Below are positions 1-11,760 of a stretch of DNA of 64,000 nt, in pieces; position 1 is the stretch's first letter; each line of letters begins with the position of its first letter. The notes beneath the pieces were generated by a model. The model made no database searches and was not told the origin of the DNA. It saw nothing but the letters and a program-made list of their open reading frames with translations. Made by a program: the position numbers and the translations under genes. The stretch is from Utricularia gibba (lineage: Eukaryota > Plantae > Magnoliophyta). The stretch is taken from the NCBI GenBank assembly GCA_002189035.1, contig NEEC01000014.1, forward strand, positions 2,046,001 to 2,110,000. Reading direction: 5' to 3'.

Positions 1-1022
1 CAGGTTGAAATGGGAGAGGCCTCCAACTTGGTTTCAAACACTTAACACTCTTAAGGCCTTCAGAATTCCCGTACACTACGACAATTACAGAATTTTGTGT
101 GTTGGAATGGGATGCGACATTGCCTGCACATATCTAATAAATATACAAATAAAATACATAGTTCGGTTTCGATGAGGTCTGACCTGGCATCATTAACCCA
201 AAGTCGAATTTCATTGTCATTTGAAATCGTCCACGTGGGGAATTACCGAGGGTCATGTTGTTGGTTGGTGAGATAAAATTAATAATTCAATTTTCGCATT
301 TAGAATACTTATTCCGATTTCAAATGAGAAATTAACTTTCACCTTCTTTCCGACACGAAAACTTTGGGAGTTGTATTAGACGACACACACATCGGATAAG
401 GTCAATGTCTGTTTCAAATAATTTGTGGTTTTTTATTAAAAATACTTTTTTATTCAATAAAAAAACAGAAAACTTTCATCTTTTATTTTATTAGAATTAT
501 TTTTTATGGAATAAAGCTGAGAGCCATGGGCTATGAGCGAAGCTCCAACGGCTGGGTAGGCTGGGGATGGGATCCATGGCCACACGTGGTGCGATCATGG
601 AGCATTAACGACTTGTTAGTTTTTTAAAAAGAGGCCATTATTGTCCTTTTTGAAAAACCCACAACAAACTTCTCTTTCGGAGTTGACAAGAGCACGCAAC
701 GCAACAAACGTGGCCAATGTTTCTGTAGTCAAACAACAACAACAACAAAAAGGACAACTTCAGATGAGATTACGTGTGCTTTCTTCTGAGTAGGACATAT
801 AATTATAATTAAATTAAGAGAAATTGAGGTTTTTTTTAATGTTTTTTGGATTTTCCTAATTCAAAAGCGATTTTATATCATTATGAGTTGCTGGGAATAT
901 AATCACCAACAAACACTAGTTAAACGTGGGGAACATGATGTAATAATTTCTAATACAAGTGAATATTAGAACTGAGTTAAAAAAACCATCCTTCAAATGG
1001 GTGTCCGTTTTCTTAAAAGGAA

Positions 1023-1108
1023 TGGGCCAGGCTCATTACAATAATGGGCTTCATGGCCCAGTAATACAAGAAACCTGATGGTTAGTTGTGTTTGAATCTG
1101 GGGCCCAT
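1023..1108 (+). promoter_or_regulatory. Site II (TGGGCY) motif cluster upstream of coatomer gamma
   Basis: TGGGCC 1023, TGGGCT 1045, reverse-strand copies (GGCCCA) near 1055 and 1103, about 320-400 bp upstream of the ATG; typical TCP-bound housekeeping promoter. Confidence 0.55.
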
Positions 1109-1424
1109 CATGTGATTTGTTTCTTTTCTGTACTGTACTGCCTTGGTTTAATGTGATATATAATAATTAAGAAAAAAAAAACTATGTTGGTAAACGGTAA
1201 CCCATCGGGGTGGATACAACCCGACCCGAAAATGGAGCCGAGCGGGATAAAGGGAGTTGACAATTTCACCCTCCGCTCGAAGGGTTGCTGCAGTTGCTCT
1301 TCAGAGTAGATCGATACCAGGGATTTATTTTTCTTCTCCTGATCACTATCAGGTCAAGGGAGGTGCCGATTCTCAGTGTATTTATTCATTTATCGAGGCG
1401 TTTGGATTTGAATCGGACAGCTCA

Positions 1425-4400
1425 ATGGCGCAGCCGCTAGTCAAGAAAGACGACGATCGCGATGAAGAAGGTGTTGTATTGATTTTCATATTGAGTATTT
1501 GTCTGAAGTTTTTTCTGCTCCGGTATTAAACCTAGGTTTTGGAGTTCTGGACTATGTAATCTGGATCAGTTCTAGATCTGGGATTTTCAACGGAATGCAA
1601 ATGCAATTCGATATCGAAAATTTGTTTCTCTGGGTTAGACAGTTTGACGGCTTTAGTGTCTCTGAGAGTTAATGTTGGGATGGGAGTCAACCCTTGTGAT
1701 GATGCGTATGTTGCATTTCTTCTTTACGGTCAATCCGTTTGTAGATCTATTGTCACATAGAATGAACGGGGTGGCAGTTTACTGATTTGGATGAATCAGA
1801 GTTAGGATTAATCATTTTCAGGTGTCTTTATTTCAAAATGTACTGTTCTCTCGTTGTCAGTAGCATGATCTGATTAAGCACGATTGTATCCTAACCCTCC
1901 TTTGATTTTAGTCTAATTAGTGAAATTGAAACTTAAATTGCAGCGGAGTATTCTCCATTCATGGGAATTGAGAAGGGAGCAGTATTGCAAGAGGCGAGGG
2001 TTTTCAATGAACCCCAGTTGGATGCAAGAAGATGTTCTCAGGTACACAATGTTTGATGTTGCTGCGTTGGGATAGCGCTTTCAACAAACACTTTCTATAA
2101 GCTCTATTATAACTGGAAAACACTTATCATTGATATTTCAGTTCATTAGAATTTTATTTAATGCTATCATTTGATATTTCAGTTCATGGGAATTTTATCT
2201 AACGTTTCAATTATCTTCATTTAGGTCATCACAAAGCTTCTGTATCTGATAACTCAGGGTGAAACATTCACAAAGGTTGTGATCTGTTGCTCTGTCAGGG
2301 ATTCTTTGGTTATTTGTGTCCAACTTGTCCCCTTCTCTACACCATGTGCCCTGAATGATTATTGTAAATGATTCATATGTTCTCCATGTAGGATGGATGT
2401 CTAACAGAATTTTTATTATGATTTTCAGATTGAAGCTACGGAAGTTTTTTTTGCTGTTACAAAGTTATTTCAGTCTAAAGATGTTGGTTTAAGAAGAATG
2501 GTTTATATCATGATCAAAGAGCTTTCCCCTCAGCAGATGAGGTAGCTCCTCTGTTTCGATTATTTTTGTTGTTCATATATCTGTATTGGTCGGTTATATT
2601 CTCAGGGCTTCTGACGACACCTACTCTTGACATGAAAGGTCATTATTGTCACAAGCTCCCTCATGAAGGATATGAACAGCCGAACAGACATGTATCGAGC
2701 AAATGCTATTCGTGTACTTTGTAGAATCACTGATGGTACTCTTTTGTCCCAAATTGAGAGGTATCTAAAGCAGGCTATTGTGGATAAAAATCCGGTGGTT
2801 GCCAGTGCTGCACTTGTGAGTGGCATCCACTTGCTGCAGGTGCGATTTGATGCTCAAGAAATTTAATCGTGTTTTTGAAAAAACTGCTCATGTTTTCCTG
2901 TTGTTAATATCTTGCAGTCGAATCCTGAGATTGTGAAAAGGTGGACTAATGAAGTGCAAGAGGCCATTCAGTCTCGAGCAGCTCTTGTACAGTTCCATGC
3001 TCTTGCACTGCTCCACCAGGTTACCTTCGTTTCTCAGATGATGGGTTTCATTGCAGTTGTATTTTAGTGGTTACTGTAATGGAAAGTGCTGGCTAACATC
3101 CCTTTTCCTTGACTCTGTCACTCAATCAAGAGATTTCTTTTCATGTATAAGGAAAAATGATGTACTGTTTACTTTTCTGAATTCACTTTAATTTTGATTC
3201 TTTGAAGTGCTAATGGACATTATATGGTATGATAAGAATCAATCTACTGTATTTTGTGCATGCAGATTAGACAAAATGATCGCTTAGCTATTGGAAAGTT
3301 GGTTACGAGCTTGACAAAAGGTTCTGTTCGTTCTCCATTGGCACAATGCCTTCTGGTTCGCTATACTAGTCAGGTAATGCCTTACTGATGTCATGTCTTC
3401 TTCCATTAGGACGGTATGTATGGAGCATATTTGATATTAAGCATGATTATTATGCTTTTCACATTCCAGGTCATTAGAGAGTCAGGTGTAATTACTCAAG
3501 GAGAGCGGCCATTTTATGACTATCTTGAGGGTTGTCTACGCCATAAAGCAGAAATGGTCATTTTTGAAGCTGCTCGTGCCATCACTGAGTTGAGCAATGT
3601 TACTACGAGGGAGTTAACCCCTGCGATAACCGTTCTACAGCTTTTCCTAAGTTCTTCTAAGCCTGTTCTTAGATTTGCTGCAGTCCGGACCTTGAACAAG
3701 GTTTGTATTGGCATGCTGCTAACATAGCATTTATCTTTTCAGTGATTGGCTTTCTACTTGTCTTACAACGACTCTGCCATTGATTTGAGGGTGTTTTTAT
3801 TTATTTATTTATAGCTCACAGTAATTCTCTTCTGAAAGCCTGCAAAGCTTTTGAATCTTGAGTATTCGTCATGATTGTCCTAAGAGCCTAAATATAGTGA
3901 AACTCCTGAGGACTCACTGAATGGATATACTAGTCAATATACCATTTCTCATGCTCTTAATCTGCACAGGTAGCAATGACACATCCCATGGCTGTGACCA
4001 ATTGCAACATTGATATGGAGAGCCTGATTTCGGACCAGAATAGAAGCATAGCAACTCTTGCAATCACCACCCTCTTGAAAACAGGGAATGAATCAAGTGT
4101 CGATCGCTTGCTGAAACAGATAACGAATTTTATGTCTGATATTGCGGATGAGTTCAAGATTGTTGTGGTGGATGCTATAAGATCTCTGTGTTTGAAGTTC
4201 CCCTTGAAGTATAGATCCCTGTGCGTGATCTTTTAGTTTTTTTTTTTTAAATAATTGGATTTTCTTCATTATTTTATTCTTACTAACACTTTTAAATGTC
4301 CTTGTGTATGTTTTCAGGATGAATTTCCTTAGCAGTATCTTGAGAGAAGAAGGTGGCTTCGAGTATAAGAAGGCGATTGTTGATTCAATTGTGATATTGA

Positions 4401-6622
4401 TTCGGGATATCCCAGATGCCAAAGAAAGTGGATTGCTCCATTTGTGTGAGTTTATTGAGGACTGTGAATTCTCTTATCTTTCTACCCAGGTGTGCTTTCT
4501 GCTCTTCAAAGCATCACTTTCATCAGCTGTTGTGCTTTTAGTTCGGTTGATTTTAATTTTCTCAAGCTTCTGTTAGATTCTTCACTTTCTTGGAATTGAG
4601 GGGCCCAAGACATCAGACCCTAGTAGATATATACGTTATATCTACAATCGGGTGATATTGGAGAATGCAACAGTACGAGCCAGTGCTGTTAGTACATTAG
4701 CGAAATTTGGTGCCTTGGTTGACTCACTGAAGGTAATCCTGTCATTGGTAATCAATTTTTCACCTCATGTCACTGACTGCATGAAGTAATACAATCTTGA
4801 TGCTGCAGCCACGTATATTTCTTCTGTTGAGGCGTTGCCTTTATGATAATGATGATGAGGTTAGTTTTTTGTTGCTATCTTTCATTCCTCAATTTGTTTC
4901 CTTCACTTCCAAATGTTTACCTTTTTTGATGCCTTTCAGGTGAGAGACAGGGCAACGCTGTACTTGAACACTCTTGCTGGAGATTCAGTTGCCGGAGCTG
5001 ACAACATTGAGGAATTCCTGTTTGGCTCATTTGAGGTGCCACTGTCAAATCTGGAATCTAGCTTGAAGGAATATGTAAGTGGTACTTACTAATTGGTAGA
5101 GTATTACAGTTAATATTTGAATATATTTACCATATGTTATCATGTCTTTTTTTTTTGTTTCCAGATACAGAATCCTTCCGAAGAGCCTTTTGATATTAGT
5201 AAAGTATCAAAGGAGGTTAAATCACAGCCTCTTGTGGAAAAGAAAGCCCCTGGTAAAAAGCCTGCTGGTTTGGGTGCTCCTCCCGCCCCCGTTTCTGTTG
5301 TGGATACCTATGAAAGCCTTCTGTCATCAATCCCGGAATATGCAACTTTTGGAAGAATTTTCAAGGTTTATTTTATACAACGAATGTTTTTCTTCAAAAG
5401 TGTCGTTGGGGTAGTTTTCATATTGCTGAAGTCCTCAATTTTATTTGTTCAACGAATCAGTCATCTGCACCAGTGGAGCTTACGGAGGCAGAAACCGAAT
5501 ATTCAGTGAATGTTGTCAAGCATATATTTGACAGCCATGTGGTTTTCCAATATAATTGCACAAACACAATACCCGAGCAGCTCCTTGAGAATGTAAGTCT
5601 CAAGTTCATCATTTAGTTACCAGAAACTGTAATACTATATCTCAGAAAATTGGCTTTTCAATCTTCTTTTTGCTTGGGTGTTTCATTGTTTTTTCTGGAT
5701 ATAGGTGACCGTAATTGTGGATGCTTCTGAAGCTGAGGACTTTTCTGAACTAGGGTCCAAGGCTCTGAAATCTCTCCCATATGATGCACCAGCGCAAGCT
5801 TTCGTGGCATTTGAAAAACCTGAGGGTGTTCCCGCTGTCGGAAAGTTCTCCAACTTGTTGAAGTTTACTGTAAAAGAGGTGGGGTGTAGTTTTTTTAATC
5901 AATTTCTTCCCCTATCTCCCTTCGTGCACACCATACGTGAAACTGTTGCTGCTAAATTGAGCATAGATCAATTTCTATGCTCTACATTGATTGAGAACTC
6001 TGTAATACCCAATGCAAGGCTCCATTCAAGACGTGTCTCCTGTCTTTTCATGTTCAGGTTTCTCTTCTTTTCTGAAAATTTGCTGAACTTGCTTTGCATT
6101 GTATTAGGTTGACCCATCAACTGGTGAGACAGAAGATGATGGTGTTGAAGACGAATATCAGCTGGAGGATTTCGAAGTGGTTGCTTCTGACTATGTTCTC
6201 AAGGTGGGGGTCTCCAACTTCAAGAATGCATGGGAAAGCATGGGCGCCGAGGGGGAACGTGTAGATGAATACGGCCTTGGACCTAGAGAGAGCCTCTCAG
6301 AAGCAGTGAGCGCAGTCATAAATCTCCTAGGCTTGCAGCCCTGTGAGGTTAGCTCTCGCTACCCAGTCTTGCTGCCGCAAGCGCATTGATTCCAGGAATT
6401 TACTGGTACTCTGATCTGTGATTACAGGGTACTGAGGTGGTACCAAGCAACTCAAGGTCGCACACATGCCTGTTATCTGGAGTATACATAGGGAATGTGA
6501 AGGTGCTCGTCCGACTGTCGTTCGGCATCGACGGGGCTAAGGATGTCGCCATGAAGTTGGCCGTGAGGTCTGAGGACATCAGTGTTAGCGATGCGATCCA
6601 TGACATAGTTGCCAGTGGCTAG
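1425..6622 (+). CDS. COPG: Coatomer subunit gamma (gamma-COP), multi-exon
   Basis: Exons give [70 protein letters not shown], through [27 protein letters not shown]; GT-AG introns. One apparent 1-bp deletion at about 2527-2530. Confidence 0.97.
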
Positions 6623-7379
6623 ATCGTCCCCCCCTTCACTGCGGTTTTGCACCATCGGACATGCTCCCGTTCTTGTTTCTTTTCCTGTGTTTGTGTATTT
6701 CTTTGGATATAAAAATTGGAACAATAGTTTCTGGAAGTTGTAATGCTAATACTCATTCATTCGATCAACATTCATTCATATTGCCATAGATTCTACAGGC
6801 TAACGTGGGTGTTGGCGGGCCAACCTAGCAACAGCAAGGTAACCGACTGAAACGTGGCTTGTTCTTATTGGTGGACGTGCGCCACCCCCAACAAACAGCT
6901 GATTTAATTTCATATGGCGTCCGTTGGTTACATGTAACTGTCGTCTACATTCTGCAGATGCTGAACCTTTCACGTTCCAGTTAGCTATTCAACTTCCGGC
7001 GCTTCTGCAGAGGCGGATCAGCGGCGCCGGATTTTTGCTCATGCACAGTGAGTATGCGGTGGCCTTTACTTTCTCTTTTCGTTTTTTTATGGCCTTTGGA
7101 CGTCTCTTTCTTGTAGCTACCGATCGTTCTGGTGTAGTCACCACCTGCGTGTATGGATGTGAGGTGCCTTCCTCCGTGACTGTAGATAGGGACCGTACCG
7201 CTTATTTTTTTCCCAGTAGTAGAGGATAAACCGTCATTTTTGCGATATATGTTTCCACTTACGTGCTCTATGTTTATGAGATTCGGAGGTGTGGTGTATG
7301 TGGTCATTATGCGTGCTATTGAAGCCACAATATGATGCACTTTTATGGTTAGCTTTACTTGCGGTTTTCTTTTGATGGA

Positions 7380-8590
7380 AAAAATGTTGGAAACTGAGGT
7401 GCGTGAAGAAGAATTTGTCTCAGACAATGACTTGTTTGTATGGCCATGGAGAGAATCGTACAAAATATTCCTACAGATTGGAATGATGGAAAAGAAGGTG
7501 TTTGAAGAAATGTTTCGAGAGTCAAGGACGACTTAACCAAACAAGGTTTCAATCAAGCAAAGAGTGGTCGCTAGAGGCGACGATTTTTGGTCGAACACCA
7601 GCATTGGCGATCGTCTTCGAAGAATGGGAGATGAGACAAAACTAACTTGTCTCCAATATGAAAAATGCAACAGAAGCACCGTCCCTAGCAAATCAAATGA
7701 ATCGCACAAAAATGCCAAGAAGCCTCCATCCACCTGAGCATTTTCATCATCTAGAAAGATGAGATTGATTGATGCTTTCAATGAAGGTATGCCTACAGCT
7801 TTTCACCTTCTTATGTTTATGTTCATTCCTTAAGGCAGTTAATCTTTATTCCAGAAAGACGAGCGCTCGATGCAGTCATCGTTACCTTGAAAAAGTTATC
7901 CAAGACCATGAAAAAAGGATGCTGGAATTGCGTAGAAGGACAAATCCAATCAGCTTGAAGAAGAACCGAGGATCTGGGAAACAATATTAAACGATGCTGA
8001 AAGATCAAGACTACCTGTCGAAGAAAATCAGGTTTCAATCTTCAATTCCAACACCCTTTGACCTCCCCTAGAATTCGTTAGAAAGATGCATCCCAGCAGA
8101 ATGATGCAGCCATCTTACAACAACCTAGTATTGATGAAGGCGTCATAGAGTTTTTTGGAGCATCCCTCTGGTTGAAAATCACTATGTGTGTAATCTTTCC
8201 GCAGAAAGGGAAAGCGGGGGTTCAAGAAGAGGCACTGAGCTAAAAAAGAACTTGATGAAGGGCAAGCACTTGAGCTTGATGTACATCGCCGTAGAGGAAG
8301 CCTGCAAATGGTGAAATGTGATGAGAAGTTGAATGGAATGAGGAATGAATTCTAAGAGAAGGAAGAGGAACTCGAGTATCAATGCAGTCACTAGAGATCT
8401 CAACCAAAGGGATCGCAAGGAACTAATAACCGTATTATTCGTTTTATCTTGGAAATGTGCAGTCGTTTTGATTTCAAGCTCGCCCTTTGTTGTTTCGAGA
8501 GTCCTTCCAAAAGGAAGACAGAAGATTCACGTCCGGCTGCTGCCATCTGGGGTCAAGAGATTGGATGGTATTTCTACAGATCTCCAGGTA
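7380..8590 (+). pseudogene. Degenerate IDN2/FDM-like (XS, coiled-coil, XH) RdDM gene
   Basis: Frame-hopping translation gives DNDLFVWPW(G)IVQNIPTDWNDGK..VKDDLTKQGFN (XS domain), SIGDRLRRMGD, LEKVIQDHEKR, LKKELDEGQALELD...GSLQMVK, EKEEELE, RKELI and AAI-GVKRL (start of XH). Many stops and frameshifts; GT-AG intron retained at about 7788-7852. Confidence 0.75.
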
Positions 8591-9480
8591 ATCATGAATT
8601 TACTTATTATTTCATTTACTTTAGACGTGTGTGATGTCACTAAACGTAACTAAAATAATATTATATAATTTAATATTTTACTAAGTTTAATTTTAATTAT
8701 GATTGTTTTAAATTTTGCCGTTAAAATTTACCTTCAGAATATTACTTATTTGAATTTAAATATTCATAAATAGATTATTATGTTTTCGTTTGTTTAAAAC
8801 AAATTTAATATATTATTATCGATCAATTATCACTTCTAAATCTTAAATTATTTATATTTGATTTTCTCTCTACACAATATAATTTTAGATTTGTAATATA
8901 TCTCTTATCACTAATAATAACAATAACTAATATTCCGAATTCCCGCATTTTTCGGCAGATGCTAGAACATGCATGCATGAAATCTAGGAATATGAAAGCG
9001 CAACGGCACACATGGAAGATGGTCAACGCCAAATTGCGCATTTACGTAGTGTATCAGATGCCAAATATGGTGTTTGCGTGGTTCCAACACTATGTTGCCG
9101 CATTCCTAGCTTGGCTTGGCAGCCACATCCAAACGGGAAAGATGGCATTAGTCATTAACCCAACAAACCGTTTGCCTTTCGAAAGACTAAGACACCTCGT
9201 CCCCAATGGAGAACGCTGAAATGAAGTGAGATGCAAATCTCACTTCACTGAACACTGCATTAAGGTTCCACTTTCTGCTTTGTGTCCTGAACTGATCAGG
9301 TAATATGCATCACTGTGGTAATGAGCATAAATAATAATCGAAAACCTGTGTACCGGCAAAAAATGCCATTGTTGCTGTACAGTCCATATTGAGTTGGCTG
9401 GGGAGAAACAGAACGGCAGAGAGTTTAGCTTACAAGCGAAGAGCATGCGTGCAGCAAGGCTAGATAGTGATGAACGCACC

Positions 9481-10734
9481 TCATTCGGGCACCGCCCTGC
9501 TCACATCGAATGTCTTCTGGCCTATTCTACATGACACACCACCAAGTTTGCAGGCAAAGAAGCGATTTTGAGATATCGCACCAGTACCAGAAACTCTCTT
9601 ACTCACTTCATCTCCAATTACCCTCTTCAGCTTATGGCTAATATCACCACTTGCCCATGCGATCGATATATGGGGCCGAGGATTCTGCATGCAGCAACAC
9701 CAAGAAACAGGATTAGTACATGATTGAGAGAAAAAAAGCTGACAGATACCGGCCAACCTTGTAAAATTCCGGTAGATTATGTAGCCGGTATACTTCATTC
9801 ACAACTATAATTTGCTTCTGTATCTGAATCCAATACCATCATGGAAAGAGGCCAACATTCAGCTTGAGAATGAAGAGCCACCCCAAAAAGTAATAACTAA
9901 TTGTAGTAAAAAAAACACCTCAGATAAACCAACAGATGTAACTTCGATAGACAGAAATGTCCGGGTACGATCATCATTAACAAATACTTCAAGCGCGCTG
10001 AAGTCAACCCAATGCCTACATTTCAAAAATATCGGATAAGAAACCTGACCTGTAGATGCAAATAAAATAATGAACTCACAAAAGCATTCTTATCAACCTG
10101 TGACAAGGTTGAAGCTTCTGACGAAGCATAGCTACTATGGAGTCCCTTTGATGCACACGAATCGGCACTGTCCTTCCTAAACTTACATGAAACACCTTCT
10201 CTAAGGCTACTTGCTCAAATCTTTGGTTTTCTTCGATTACACTTAGCAACGGAACATCATTTTCCATAGTGTGGAGCTCTGGTACGAGGGTTGCAACACG
10301 TTTCAAAAGTAATACCAAATCCTTCCTTGCAGCCACCGGTATGGTAACTATGACAAAATACACATACACACATACATATCTTCATTAGAAACACCAACAT
10401 GAAAATCCCAAACCAAGAAAAATCACTAAATTACCCTGGATGTAAACATGCAAAGCATAATTTCCCTCCACATGAGGAAAGGTACGAACACGACTAGGTT
10501 GTTCTGACAGCAAGGGGAAATTCAATGCACCTGTAATACCAAACTAGTGATTATGATAATTCCACAAATGAACTACATGCATAGTGGAGTTGAACCTGGA
10601 GAGCACAGCAGAGAAACTGGTGGTGGAGGAAGAACATTATTTGATTGGGCTGGAACCGGTGATAGGATCACTTCAGTGTCAGAGCCGGACTCTGATGAAT
10701 CTTCTTCTCCATATGAAGCTCTCAATGCCTCCAT
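9481..10734 (-). CDS. USB1: U6 snRNA phosphodiesterase (2H family), multi-exon
   Basis: MEALRASYGEEDSS, LPPPPVSLL, RVRTFPHVEGNYALHVY, FHVSLGRTVPIRVHQ and PHISIAWASGD (two HxS motifs). An untranslated first exon probably lies near 11170-11450. Confidence 0.92.
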
Positions 10735-11760
10735 ACCCAGAAAATGGAGGAGACAAACAGGTGAATGAAGGCAGCCAGGGAACCTTCTGAGCAACAAGGG
10801 AACCATGAAACACAATTAATTTTATGAGATGGTGCGGTTTATGTAACTGCACGATAAACCAAACAAATCATTAACGCAGACACATAACGGTAACCAAACT
10901 CGGAATCGCCAGTCATCAGATCAAAAATGAAGTTGATAATACACGCAGAAGAAAATCGTTAGAAATAAACAAATATGAAAATACACCATCACGAGTGTAT
11001 TTTTCGAGTTTATGGTTGCCAGTTTCCAATTAAAAAAAAAAAAAACTAAACAGCAGGTCTCAAGAGAATTTCAGTAAAGAGGCAAACGAGCAAAAATAAA
11101 ACATGATAATTAGACAGCAAAGATTGTTGCATCAGTTACTCATAAATTTTGAAAAAAAAAAAACAAAAGAAAAACCTATTTGTCTTGTCCCTCGGCAGCT
11201 AACAAGACCGGTAGGAGCAAACGGCCACCAGAATCTCATCCGGCGATCGCGCTTATTCAAAGCTGAGAATAAAACAATGTGGAAAAAAATTAACAAGGCA
11301 ACACAACAAGCAGTTCTTCCACACGGCTACAGGATTCAGATTCGGAGTTCAGTACCAGTTCTCAGCTAAAATAAACAAGGAGAATCGAACCGTTTCCGCA
11401 GCGCTCCTCAACAGTCTCTTTCCTGAAAAAGGAAATTGCAGAAAGCAGAAACGCGGTTATGGCGCGAGGAATTTGAAGATGTGAAAATCAGAAAGAAAGA
11501 GTTAATTTATACCTAGGCGATAAGAACGAGGCCCAAGGAATATCTACCATTTTCTTCACATTATTCAACATTTTTAACAGTGAAATATTTCTCTCAGGGC
11601 ATGCGCATCCCGTGCTTCACCATCACTTAAGCTGGCCCACGTCCATCACTTGAAACGACGTCGGAGCGTAGTTTCAGATTTAACGATAAAAATAATTTTA
11701 TTTATCGTTTTTTATGTAACAAAACATTTACATTTCTATCAGGTACGCTAAGAATGATGG

